Source: Amoebophrya sp. A120 (lineage: Eukaryota > Protista > Dinoflagellata). From it: 64,000 bases of DNA. The notes beneath the pieces are model-generated. The model was not told the origin of the DNA. It did no database searches and saw nothing but the letters and a program-made list of their open reading frames with translations. The stretch is taken from the NCBI GenBank assembly GCA_905178155.1, contig CAJINV010000017.1, positions 550,722-614,721 on the forward strand, given 5' to 3'. The position numbers were made by a program, and so were the translations under genes. Of the stretch, positions 49,301-61,600 are shown piece after piece (the stretch's first letter is position 1; each line of letters starts with the position of its first letter).

Positions 49301-49329
49301 GCAGTCCGGGAGGTGGAGGGAGGATGTAA
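46324..49329 (+). CDS. Large hypothetical multi-exon protein with N/Q/G/Y-rich low-complexity region (5' exons unresolved)
   Basis: Coding-like ORFs 46303, 46761, 46922, 47285 and 47806. Probable GT-AG intron 46897..47042, introner at 47204 and candidate degenerate introner at 47687. Confidence 0.6.
47204..47456. mobile_element. Introner family A, 253 bp, TSD CGGCG/CGGCC
   Basis: Family A TIRs; removal gives ILEPA|YPQF in frame; diverged inverted relative of 20833..21084. Confidence 0.9.
47687..47890. mobile_element. Candidate highly decayed introner, 204 bp
   Basis: TAT...ATA ends with only weak TIR similarity and mismatched flanks (CCCAG/CATCC). Removing it plus 5 nt gives FTQ|DSNKTRMQK in frame. 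I found no compatible GT-AG pair by eye. Confidence 0.4.
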
Positions 49330-51276
49330 AATCCTCTGTTCTTCCAGACATGGGAGCAGGGTCGTCTGATATCATAAAGACCAGAGTCGCTCGAAGTGAC
49401 ATCAACGTTAGTCTATGAAGACAGTGTAGTACATCACGAGAATCGAATAGCTTCGCCCGCTGGGTGTGAAATCGCAAACTTGCGCTAGAAGGTTCAGTTT
49501 AGTGGAAAAATCTTCTCCGCCCGCGGTTCGCTCTAGCCCGACGGTGCACGCTGCCGGTACTTCGTTTTCCCCTCGTGGCGACGTCGAGGTGTTGAGTCGT
49601 GCTCGACGAAGGACTACTTCGTGTAGCGTACGACACCTGCTTGAAGACTGACTGACGGACATCATGCCAACCTGTGCGTCTCTCCTCACCGCTTGCTTGC
49701 AGACTGGTGGAAGCTACTGCTACGGCAGCTGACGAAACGATCACGATCGAAAGAGAATGCGTTCGACGTCTGTCTTCGATGTGGCACACAACAGGTATGA
49801 AGAAATTTATAAGACAATAAGCATTTTTGCACTACAGTGTGGTACGTTCGGCGTAGGTTGCAGCGAATTTTGAATTGACCACGTAGCACCACGTCGTCGC
49901 GAAGGAAAAATCGATAATCTAATACTAAAAAACAGAAATCACTACGGGATCGGTGCGTTGTGCGAACAGGGAAACGGGGTCGATCAAGAGACGGGAATCA
50001 GCCGGCAAACGTGGTGAACAAAAAAAACGTCTTTTGGGTCTTGCAGTGTCCACGGATGGTTGTAATGATATACTCATTATGTTTCTGAAGCGGAAAAGAT
50101 GAAGTTTCTGGTTCGACATGTCGCCGAACTGGACTACAGCTGTCCAGTATGTGAATAAAAAATTTTGTAGTACTGTCCACACGGTGCAAAAAATGTACGA
50201 CGAAAATTTGCAATTAGAACGGATGATATGAGACGCGCACGACTTACACGGAAAGATTTGTTCGCCGCGTATGTGACGTCCTCGAGGAATCAAGGACGCG
50301 AACAGCACGAATTACAGGTTACTGATGATCTCGCGCAGGTCGAGATGGGTGAAGTGCTGATCAATCGCTGATGTTGTAAATGTATAGATCCGGAAATTGT
50401 TGCTCACGCATCAAAATTGGAGCCACTCACCAATATATGAAAAAATGTAGGATCTACAGTGATCGCATATGATCGTCGTGCACGACAAACGTCAGGTCGT
50501 GGGGAGACTGTCGTACGACAGAAGAAATTTTGATCGTGATGGGGTTGTCGTACAATAGACGGAATTAAGATCGGGGTGGGATTGTCGTGCAACGTCATAG
50601 TATCCGAATGCAGTTAGTGATCGTCATAGAAATTATGTTCAAATAGTGAGCTCATGATGCAAAAATGAAAAAATGAATCTGGATTTTTCTACGCCACAGT
50701 TTTTCACTCGGGTCGATTGTACTGAAAGTTTTTTCACCTGCGGTCCACCCAGTGACGTCTTCGAGTCCATCGTAGTTTAAAAAATTATGACTTTTTTTAT
50801 AGGGAGTTCTGGAACTTTATCAACGTTTATCAATCGATCGCGGCTACGTAAAATATTTGCGGAATAGATAGTCACAACTCTGTACAATCGGACAATCGTA
50901 ACCAAATGCAAGCATACTTTTAGGCTTTCAATTTTTTTAGCACGGGGATTTTTCAGGTGACTCTATTTGATTAGACCGCAAGTGTAATATTTACAGTTTA
51001 TTCTATACGCGGAGAGCGACTGAGTAACCCGGGCGGCACGGAATGGTGCGGCGATGCAAATTATCGTTGAGAAAAATAGGTCGTCGTGGAGTATACCACT
51101 TGATGCATGCATGAATGGCGACAAAGAAAAGTTGCATGTAGTTGGTGGGATCTGTACATGGGCCGGATTTTGGTGTGAAGTGAATGGACGGAGAATATCG
51201 CCAGTCGCCGAGCGTGGTCACGTACCATGATCAAAATGATATTGCTCCACGATGACGACTTTTGCACTTAATAAAA

Positions 51277-51927
51277 ATGCGCGGTCGAACTCGACCCCCC
51301 AATTTCTTGTACACGGGACGCCACGGCTATGGAAGCGTCAGGTTTGAAATCGTCAGAGTTGAAATAGTTTGTCATGCACAAAGTGCAGCCCTCAAGGTGC
51401 CTGCCTTGCAGAGTATGCAAGTGAGGTATATTGTAAGCCGGTTGTGGGGTAGAAACTGAGCTGCTGAAATAGCATGACAGAACGCGTCTTTCTTACCCAA
51501 ACAGCATGACAGACTGGATTGCGGCTCTGCCCAAATTGGTCATGCGCCACTTGGAAACTGGGTCACAACTTTCATCCATTTTATGCATGACAAAGTACTT
51601 CAATTTTGTCGATTTCAACTCTGAGACATCCATAACGGCTCGGCCGAAGACTCGCGAATGCAATCGTATAATTTTGCGGCGCAAGGATGCGGACGGGAAA
51701 TTAGAGCCGCCTTCGATTATGATGATGAAGTTGTTACGCTCTTCAGGATGTTTAATGATCGCCGCCCCGCCGGCAGAGGAAACATGTTGAGGGGCTCAAT
51801 CCGAGGAACACTCTCCAACAACCATGAAAATAGGTTGTGTCCGGAGTGTAGGTTGAACTTGTTTTACCTGAAGAGCTCAATCACGTCTGGACATGAGTTT
51901 GAAGCTGTCCGCCATGGACAGTCGTAA
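51277..51927 (+). CDS. Possible small gene or gene relic (~112 aa) interrupted by a family C element
   Basis: Removing 51328..51639 joins MRGRTRPPNFLYTGRHG to SAEDSRMQSYNF in frame; no recognisable domain. Confidence 0.25.
51328..51634. mobile_element. Family C element, 307 bp, TSD ACGGC; inverted relative to 43522..43829
   Basis: TIRs TATGGAAGCGTCAGGTTTGAAATCGTCAGAGTTGAAATA ... TACTTCAATTTTGTCGATTTCAACTCTGAGACATCCATA; ACGGC on both sides. Confidence 0.9.
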
Positions 51928-52121
51928 CGTATTTCTTCTTGCGGTAGCACTACTGACTGTACAGGCACGGAGGGCGTAACAATACGACACTGCATACACG
52001 AATTCTGCCGACTCCACCGCGGACTTCCGATCGAATGTTTTGAATGCGCAAAACACTTACCCATTTCAAGTTTTCGGGAAGCCGTGCAGAAGGAGGTTGG
52101 ATTTCGGCTGTTATCATCCTC

Positions 52122-52259
52122 TATGGTGTTGCTTTCGTCACGCGGATAGAAATTTGTAATGCATAAATCAGAAACATCGACCACACGCACCTCCAGCCAT
52201 ACATTTTATGCATTACAAATTATTTCAACTTTGACGATTTCAAACCTGACGCTTCCATA
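52122..52259. mobile_element. Truncated family C remnant (intact right TIR, decayed left end)
   Basis: 52203-52259 nearly matches the right end of 43522..43829. AATTTGTAATGCATAAA at about 52151 is its inverted partner. No matching TSD. Confidence 0.65.
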
Positions 52260-54138
52260 GACTATCAGGAGATAGAAGTCGCCCGCCGAGAGGATAAGAC
52301 AGGAAAAGATTTTTTCTTTGGGTTTTAAAAAAAACCAAAATAAAAAACAGAAGGCTTCGTTGCGTTTGCCTATGTATGTCGCATCTCAAAAAGTCTCTAG
52401 TTGATCCTCATTCCGTTCAGGTCCTCTTCTCGTCTTGCGGCCTGTTATCTCGTTTTTATTTCGTCATCTCTTCCATTCTTGTCTCATCGTTTTGTTCATC
52501 TTGTCGTCTCGGTAGCCTTGCTCTTCTCATTGGCCTTGTCTGGTCTGTGTTTCGAGCGCTCTTACTGTCTTGTTCTGGTTGCACGGTGGTGTCGTTTTCT
52601 GTTGTTCGCAGTAACTTTCGGTCTAGTTGTCGTCTGTCTTGTCTCGGTCACGTGTTCGTATGAGTGGAGTTGTGAATTATGAACGTCGTCCGCGAGTTTA
52701 AACATGCCACGGAAAACCTGAAAAGAAGTAGGTCATGGAAACGCAAAGAAAAATCTTTGATTTATTGTCACAAAGACGATACCGCTCCTCGAACGGTACA
52801 GCCGGGCGCAGCTTGCTGCGGGTTGTACGTACTACCGGGAATTTTGTCGGTAGAAGAAAATGGTCGAACTTTTTTACTCCGCAACACGCTCCCGGCGATC
52901 TTGCTGCTGCGAAGGGTGAGACTTGTTGCAGTTGTTTGGGAAGGTTCCACAGGAATTCGCAATAGCGAGCACAACAGGGCGGCAGACTGGCAGTCGCAGC
53001 CGCGCCAAATGGAAGCACTCGGAGTTGCTGGCCGGGTGTTGCCTTTTTGGTAGTTTCCGAAGGCCTTAAGAAGGAGACCAAAACAGGAAGCTTTTGGGAG
53101 TGCTCTTCATGAGCTACGGCCGATTTTTGTGTGCGGAGCCAGCAAAAAAGGCGAATCATATCGGGCTGAGCCCCGAAAAAAAGGGATGCGAATTAGCTAT
53201 TTTTGGCTATCTCTGGAGATCCGGAAGCGACCTCGTTTCCGACCCCTCGCGGAGAGCTACAGACAAACTTTCAGCTTGGCCGATAAAATCGGCCGAAAGA
53301 GCTCGGCGTAGGCCCGCGAAAAAAGGCCCTCCTCTTCGGGCGCCTGGTAGCGCGATTTTTTTGGCCTTCAGAAAACGTCCAAAATATGGCTTCATAACAT
53401 TTTGCTAGCAGGTCATCATCGGTGCCTCTGCATTCATTCAGCAGCGGCAGAGAAGCAAAAATTTGAAAATTTTCGTCTACAGACAAAATTAACGTTAATA
53501 GTGCGGCTAGTCAACCAACACCAAGTTTGAAGACGTGGTTCCCCGCGAAAGGCTATCGAACGAAAAAACTTCTTGCTACGATCTCGCGCTTTCTGCATTT
53601 AAGTTCTTCCGTTTTTTGCATTAAAGTGCGTCTATTGTCTGAGAGATTCAGAGGCATTAGGGCCTTAGAGCCCGAAGATGGGAGTTAGGCAGAGCCTTGG
53701 GACTTTAAAGGAGGTTGTCATGGGGTAGGGCATGCATTTTGATCGCCTTTGGTGCGCGAATTACGGGCCACCAAGTGTACCGCTCCTCAGTTCCTCGAGA
53801 AGGAATAGGACGGGTGTCCGGCTGCAAGAAAAAAATTTTTTTTTTCTGATGAGGCCCAGACCCAACAAAGTTTTTTCTGGTAAATAATAGAAAGCCGTAG
53901 CATTAGTATTTTTAGGTTCCATAAGGGTGCTATTAAGCGACGGGAAGAGGCGGCGAATTACCCCCTGCGGCGAAAAATGAAAGAGCGACTGCGTCCGTAC
54001 ACTACGCCACAGGTCGCATCCCTCGTCGGGGAGGAGTGGGGAAGAGGAAGCGCGGCCTGTTACTTCCCTTATAGGTCGATCAAGTGAGTTTGAAAATAAT
54101 TAGGTCGATAATTGAAAGCAATTAGTATTTTTTTAAAT

Positions 54139-54262
54139 GAAAAAATCGAAGATAGTAATTTTTTAAACGAAAAAAGACGAAGAATAATTTTTAATTGAAA
54201 CAGAGACGAAGAATAATATTTGATTGAAACAGAGACGAAGAATAATTTTTGATTGAAACAGA
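54139..54262 (+). repeat. Minisatellite, ~4 copies of a ~29-bp unit GAAACAGAGACGAAGAATAATTTTTGATT
   Basis: Units start at 54139, 54169, 54197 and 54226. Confidence 0.8.
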
Positions 54263-56266
54263 AAATTGCTCCGCGTTCGAACAAAGAAAGAAGGGAAAAG
54301 AATACTTTTTATGAATTGCACCAAGGAAAAAAAAAGTTGAACGTGGCTTTCGTCGGTATTTGCAAAGTTATTTCCGTGTTGTGCCATGTCGTCGTATGTT
54401 TTCAGGTCGCGCTTTCGTCGAACTCCTCGGTATCTGCCGATTACTGTGTTGTACTCTGTCAACTTGTGGTGCACTTTTTTCAGACGGGTCGGTATCTACC
54501 AACTACTGTACTATACTGCGCCGTCGTATGATCTTCTTACGACTGTCGGTTTCAACAGAGCAGACTGTTGTCGTAAGGTCATGAAGAAGTGCATCGTCCT
54601 CTGAAATGGAATCCTGCACCAAGTTCAAGTCGATACTGCTTCAAGTTCGAGTCGATCCGGTATAGAAAATTGCGATCGAGCGGAAAATGGTTCTAGTTTG
54701 TCGAAAAAATTGCGATCACGGGGAAAAATCGCGGTGAAAGATTATGACTTAGTTCAATTTCATGAATTTTACCACCTGTGACTATAATTTCACCACCTTT
54801 TACTTAGTTCAATTTCATAATTGCTCTTCGACCACCTTTCACTATACTTTTGACAAATCAGGGACTACCGAAGTATATAAAATCTTTAGAGTCGAAGCTT
54901 TAGCTTGTACTCAAGGTTTACAATATTTCACATATCAACTCATCACTTCTTCTGGTTTCATCAATTCTTGTAGAATTTATAACTTTATTGAAATTATGGA
55001 GCGACTGCAAAAACCGGGTCCATTTCTTATGCAAAGATACACTTTGTCGTGATGGCAAAATTGCAGACCCCGTCTTGGGAGGAAAGAGTTTGTCATGCGG
55101 ACGAAAGAATCACCTTTTCAGTGTTTCATGAAGTAGAAACATTAAGACGACAAAGTTTTTCTTCTTGATCGCGGGTCCGCACGAAGAGCTGCACGGTGAA
55201 GCGGAGGACGGTCGTTTTCTAGAAAACCGAAGCACGTCTACAGCTGAAAGAGTCAAAACGTTTCTTATTTTGCAGTTTCCGGCGCGTCTCTGTGGTTGTA
55301 TGTTTTTGCAGAATACAACGCTACTATGTAGCTGAGTAGGCCGATGGTCGCACGCGACCTCCGAATTCAGGCGGAGCTATTTACTACCGGTCGGCTGCGC
55401 GAATGAATCGATTCTGTCGAACAAAAAATTTATTTTTGAAGGTAAACCGGACGGCCTTGCAGGAGGTCGTCATCGGGGTAGTCTTGAGGTGTAGGGGTTG
55501 CGCCTTAAAAGTGAGGTCAAATCAACGCGGCGCCGTATAATCGGTGACCGGAATAGGTCGCCTTACCGGTTCGAGATACGGGATAGACTGAAAAAGTGTA
55601 GGACGACACTTCAACCGCAGGCCAAGGTCGTTGAGGCACCTTTTTTTTGGCTTGCCGACAAACACGGCCGATCTACTTCGAGTTCTTCCACTTCTTCGAA
55701 TGAAAAACGTCGGCACCTCCGATTGAAGACTGCACTGACGTGGAGCAGATGGTCTTCGTGGAGCCACGGCGTTCAGCAAAAATTTGAATCCTTCCGGCAC
55801 TGCATTCGGTGAAGGAGGTGCATAGATAGGTGACCGCGCCGGGAGAGTGGCCCGAAGACGAATCATTAAAGAATGTTACCTATAACGCGAAAAGCGTGCA
55901 ACAAATTGCCGCTCTTCGTTGAAGGAGTTCGGCGCAGAGGCACGCCCTGGGGGTTTGCGCCTTGCTGGTAGCTTTGGCGCTAGACTTACCCGAAAAAAGG
56001 TACTTGGACATCTCTACCCGGGTTTGCTTTTGTGGTAGAAGTGATAAACGACGACCTGATGGAAACTTCTGGAAAATGAAGATTTACGAATGACGCGCAA
56101 TAGGCTGGCCAAGTTGCATTGTGTCATCTCTCAAGCGCTTTCGAGTGAGTTGCAGTGCATTTTAGACGTGCAGAAAATACACCGAATTATGAAACATTTT
56201 GGAAGTCTTAGCTGCAGACAAATTTCAACTGAATACTGGTTCATTTTGTACGGATCGAGGAGACTA

Positions 56267-56491
56267 TATGGAGTTTTGAACCGTTGTATTCTCGACTGTT
56301 TTGTGATTTGTCATGCAAAATTACCTCGACTATCCGCACACCAAGCTGCTTCGGATCGTAAATACTTAGACGGTTAAACAGGCAGAGAATTTTTGCCAAA
56401 TCTGTCATGCGTGACGTGGAAGGCTCTTTCTATCACTTGCGTCATTACAAATCATGCAACAGTCGAGAATGTAACATTTGCGAATACCATA
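56267..56491. mobile_element. Degenerate TAT...ATA TIR element, 225 bp
   Basis: Inverted core ATTCTCGACTGTT...TGATTTGT.ATG at both ends; termini TATGG/CCATA; flanks GACTA/GATGA (3 of 5 match). Confidence 0.65.
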
Positions 56492-58462
56492 GATGAAAAA
56501 TTGGGGTCCCGTACATGAAGGTTGGGTCTGTTTCTATGTTATGTTCTGGGTTAAGGTTTTGTTTATGATATTTTTATTAATTTGTTATGCGATTTGTAGC
56601 ACAAAAAACAAAACGAAAAGAAAAACACCACCTAAAAGAGTCGAACACGGAAAACACAAAAAAAGTAAAAAAGCAACAAATCAGAGAAAACACAAAAACA
56701 ATAAAATACGAAAGGGTCAGATGGACACGCCGGACGGCTACTATTTCAATGGTGGCCAGCGACCGGCGAACTGGGCGGGAGCCTGCTACCATGGCGATAC
56801 CCACGACCACGATACGCCGCACGTCACTACTATGTCGGCTACACTTGTTACATTCTTAGTCGTCACGCTTCTTGCTATCTAGTTTTGGTATTATCGGATC
56901 GATGACTAAATTTTGCAGCCGAAAAATTTCTCGATAGATGTCTTACCTGTTGAACCAACCCCAATCTTCTGAAGCCTCGCGATCATCGGATAGTTACCGT
57001 GTTCGATTTTGATTTTTGCATGACGGGTGTGAAAATGTAACTAATGTGAATGCCATGCTGATCATTGTGCCGAAACCCCTCCAGTTATTTGTTTTTTTAG
57101 GATGGCGTACCGGGTGCGATTATGTCTACTTTTTGACAAAGCCCACCCGTGGTATCGGTGCCTCGTGGAAATATCGTTATGCAAAATAAGTAGGTCTGTG
57201 CTTCATACCTTTTGGCATTTTGTCATGCACAGTGGACCGAGGGTCGTCGCTTTTGCAGTTACTAATACCGTAATATACAGCACCGGTCGGTAGAGGTCGC
57301 TAGGTCGTTGCAGCGCGAACGAAAGGCGGAATCTAGTTTTTACGTTTATTATGTTGAATCTTTGCAGACGTGACGAATTTTAGTACCAAGCCCTGTATTT
57401 TTTCACAGACAATTTGCAAGATGATACATCGGAGGATTTTGACGGCTGGATCATCCAGCGCTTGTACGATAGAAGAAAACAGAAACACGCAGGACACGCT
57501 CAAACGGGTTGAAGGATTTTCTTGTATGTGCCGACGTCAGTCGCTATGCTCGTTTGCATGATAGATCGAATATCAAACTAAAGCGTAGCGCGCGTCCGTT
57601 CAATACTGCAATCCAGTTCGAGCGGATTTTCGTATGGCTGGTTTTTTAGGTTTATAGCAGTCGCCGCAAGGATACGCATCGGACCGTCTGTACGACTTAC
57701 TCGGGTCAGAGAGTAAAAAAAAATCGAAATATGTAGTCGCGCAAAAATGGAATGTTGGTTGCAAGACGGCGCGCATGACAGTTGCAAGCAATAGAATGGT
57801 TTCCGCTCGGGCCGTACCAAGCTTATGTGAAAAGGAAAACACTTCGATGCGACGAATTTCAGAAGATGAAGCAATGTCGAGCTTTTTGCTGAGCGTTGAC
57901 TCTTGCGATTATTTAGCAGCGACGGTTTGTGTGCATTATACTTAGGTCGATCATGTTTATTTTTTCTCTGACCGTTTCATAAAAAGGATGCGGTTCCCAG
58001 GTGAAGCACGCTTTAGCAGCGACCCGATGATCACAGCGTCTGCACGGGTCTACCTCCAAGATCTCGAACAGACGACGCTGCATTCCAAGTATGATTCTAT
58101 AGGAATGTAGTCCTTTTGATGGAATAGGATGGTCTTGCTTACGGACTGTTTTTTTGTTCTATAGAATTAGTAAATGCACACCTTAATGCAGTTTGGTAGA
58201 ATGTGCCTGCTTACAAAGAAAGTGCTCCACTCGAGGTTTATCAGCCGACTTCCAAATTTGGTTTTTTTACAGCTACGCCGGTAATTTCTCTTCTTCTGAT
58301 GAGAACGACGATGCTGACGACGATGAGGACGATGAGTAATGCAGTCGCTGCGTTGTGGCGAGGATAAGGTACGACGATAGCACGTGTAGAGGTCGATGGT
58401 CACTTTTCTTTTTTTGCGTCGATCGGTTAGTTTGAGTTTTGGAATATCCGACGCGTGATGCA

Positions 58463-58562
58463 NNNNNNNNNNNNNNNNNNNNNNNNNNNNNNNNNNNNNN
58501 NNNNNNNNNNNNNNNNNNNNNNNNNNNNNNNNNNNNNNNNNNNNNNNNNNNNNNNNNNNNNN
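58463..58562. other. Assembly gap (100 N)
   Basis: Run of N; true gap size unknown. Confidence 0.99.
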
Positions 58563-58683
58563 AATGCAAATAGGATCCTGATGGCCGTGTGCCGAGACTC
58601 TTGGGGATTACCTGGCCTATTCGGCTATAGGTTCTCCCCGAGGCGTCTCCCGCGAAATACTCACCCCAAGTCGCGCAAGCGCC

Positions 58684-61600
58684 TTGCAGCCGTCTGAGCG
58701 TTTTGCGGTTCCGCAAAGCTCGCATGCCTCGAGAAGCAGAAGCTCCGGTGCAGTACAGAAGCGCACCCCGCCTCGGAATTCGACACGAAAGAGGCCGGCC
58801 CCGCCTAGCTCGGAATCCGGCTCCAGATCGTCCAGCTCGAGCTCTGATAGTTCCAGCATCTCAGGCAGCTCTGCCTCGCCCCCGCTGGCGAAGTCTTCTT
58901 CTAATCGCAGCAAATCCGACATCGTGAGACACCAGCAGAAACGGCGAATAATCCCGGGCTCCAGGTTCAGGTCGAAGAATCGAGCTCCGATTCCTGGCGT
59001 GCACTCGGGACAAACCGAGGAGGAGAAGTCACTAGGCTTGTGCCCGCACCCGGAATTCTCTTTCCAAGACTACGTTAACGCCGGCTGCCCTACGACATCA
59101 GATGAAATCGCAGACTTTGTCAGCTCGCGGGCGGGTCCAGATGACCACTGGCGACCGCTGGAGGACAAAGCAATGATCGAGGGAAACTCACTTAATCTCG
59201 AGCAGTGTATCAGGTGGGGAGTACCGCCCGAAGTCATCCTCGAGTGGTTCGGCGGCTACGATTTCGACATCACCGACCCCGACTTAAAAATAACTCGGCA
59301 AGACAATTACTCAGGCGCGTACGACCACCCGCACGACTTCACCTCCGAGGTGTATCGTTTCTTTCACGACAAAAAACTACTAATCTACGACGCCGCGAGG
59401 AACGACCAGCCACATCCAGACAACCTCATGATCGCACCAGCGACGGTGCTCATTCAGAAGTGGGGCACCAAGCTTCGACTGGTTACGGATTGGTCCGCCC
59501 GCGGCACCATGCTTAATCAAGCGCTCTTCCCTCCGCCCGTCGACTACAGTGACGTTCACAAGCTGCTGTGGGACATGCAGCCGGGCGCTTGGATCACGGG
59601 CCTGGACTGGGCTGACTGTTTTGCACACTGGGCAATCAGTCCAGCGCGCCGTCGTTTCCTCGGAGTGCAGACGCCATTGACAGGAAAGTTCGGTGTGCAT
59701 CTCTTTACTCCTTTTGGCATCAAACCTGCACCAGGCAAGAATGATGCCAACATCAAGGTCAAGATTAATCTCGGGCTTCGTTCGGGCGTCAAAGCAGCCT
59801 CGTACGACTACGTCGACGACTTGCGCTGCCTGGCACTCGAGAACCAGCTTTGCCAAGTCACCGCTAATCGGGAACTGAAAAAAATGTTCTACTTCTACTC
59901 GGCTCTGGGTGCAAAGCTGCACACAAAGGCTGGCAAGTACATCGAAGCGACTCGAAGCTGCCCATGGCTCGGGCTGCTCATCGACACGCTACTGATGCGC
60001 GTTTTCATCGAGCCAGAGCGGTTGGAAACCTACATTATCGAGCTGTCGGAATTCATCGAGCAAGCGCAAAAAGCCCTCGACTCCGGCTCGGAAGCATGCA
60101 AGGCTAAAGAGCTCGCGGCGATCATCGGGAAAATGGAATCAGTCAAAATCGTGGTGCACAACGGGCCACTCCACCTCTTACAGGACGTGCTGAAGCACAG
60201 CAAAGTCTACAAAAGATGGCAAACCGACTCGAAGTTTAATCCACACGTGAAGATTCCCGCCCCCGCGATAAAGCAGTTGCGGTGGTGGCTCAGCATACTG
60301 AAATCTAATCCGTATGCCAAAATTTTCTCTAATCGCCCCGCAAATCACAACGGAGAAAAGTGCAGTTGTTTTCTTTGGCGCGTAGAAGTGCTTGACGCCG
60401 GCCCACAGTTTTTGCGGTCCTTACCCGCCGACCTTTTCGTCGTCATACATGGCGACGCATCCTCGAGGCGAAACAACTGGGGCTCAACGATCAGTGGTGT
60501 TTCCGAGAAGTTCCAAGGGGAGTACCCGGACAAATTCAAGAACAAAGACATCAATGTCAAAGAATCTTACGCACTCCTGGCCACACTGCGGGCCGCCAAC
60601 ACAAAGGGAATTCATCTTTCCGACAAACTAATCATCTACTACACGGACAACATGACAGCACGGAAGGTAGCAAACAAGGGTTCGTACAACAAGTCGCCCG
60701 AGCTCACCGAGATCTCGCTCGACGTTCGCGAGGAGGTGATCAAATATGGCAACGAACTCGTTGGCGCGAAAATCGACGGCGAAGCCAACCCGGTCGCCGA
60801 CGTGTTGTCGAGATTCGACGCCGAGCTGTCTTCTTTCTTCGACCCGTACGTCGAGCGCCGCTTCAACGCACGCTCCTGGGGTTCCATCTGCTCAAAATTC
60901 CCGGGGATGACGGTGGAGGCGTTCACCGCCGGTGCCGGCGATGAACTCACCAGGCTGCAACAACAGTACTGCGAAAAAATCCCCCCCTTCCACCATCACC
61001 TCGAGTGGTGCGACAAGAAATCATGGTGGTTCCCGCCCATCACGATAATCTTCCCGACGCTTAGGTTCGTGTCTAAGCTTGTCGCGTCACATCCCTTGGA
61101 GGCCAGGCCGCGCATCGCTATCTGCGCCCCAGTGATGGGCGACAGGTTTTCAAGGACGCTGGCCCCCCTGTTTTTAACCATGACCTTCAAGAAAGGGTCG
61201 CAATGTTTTGAAACGCACGGTGGCACCAAAATCACTGCCGAAGATACCTTTTGCGTCTACTCCACCGTCCCACTGTCATTGTGGTCGGCGCCGCGCAGTT
61301 GCATCAGCATCACACCGCAGGTGGAGCGGCTCCGGAAATCGACCAAGTGGAAAGCAGCCCTCGGACTACTTGACCAGCCCGTCTCGGGTGGCTTTGGCAC
61401 GGGATCGGAAGATTTCTTCGTGCACATCTGCCCCGTCGCCCCCGTCGAGACTCCAAAAGGCGTTGCTGCGGACATCTACGCCGCTTTCCCGCATGCATCA
61501 AGGTACAAAGAACCAGTCGAAAACAAACCATTCGGCGATTTCGAGATAATCGGCCGTGTAGTCAACATTTATTCGATGTTCAAGAAAGGACCTGCATCCG

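Noticed and set aside
52376-52682. Hydrophobic ORFs resembling membrane proteins
   Set aside because: They result from T/C-rich low-complexity DNA; two frames are equally hydrophobic and lack coding-like codon bias.
52260-56266. GACTA present next to TIR ends at both 52260 and 56262, suggesting a 4-kb composite element
   Set aside because: The TIRs face outward, the enclosed segment has no matching termini, and a 5-bp match can arise by chance.
58563-58697. ORF tail overlapping the pol start as a possible tyrosine recombinase C-terminus
   Set aside because: No H-x-x-R / W / Y catalytic pattern is recognisable, and the sequence is cut by the gap.
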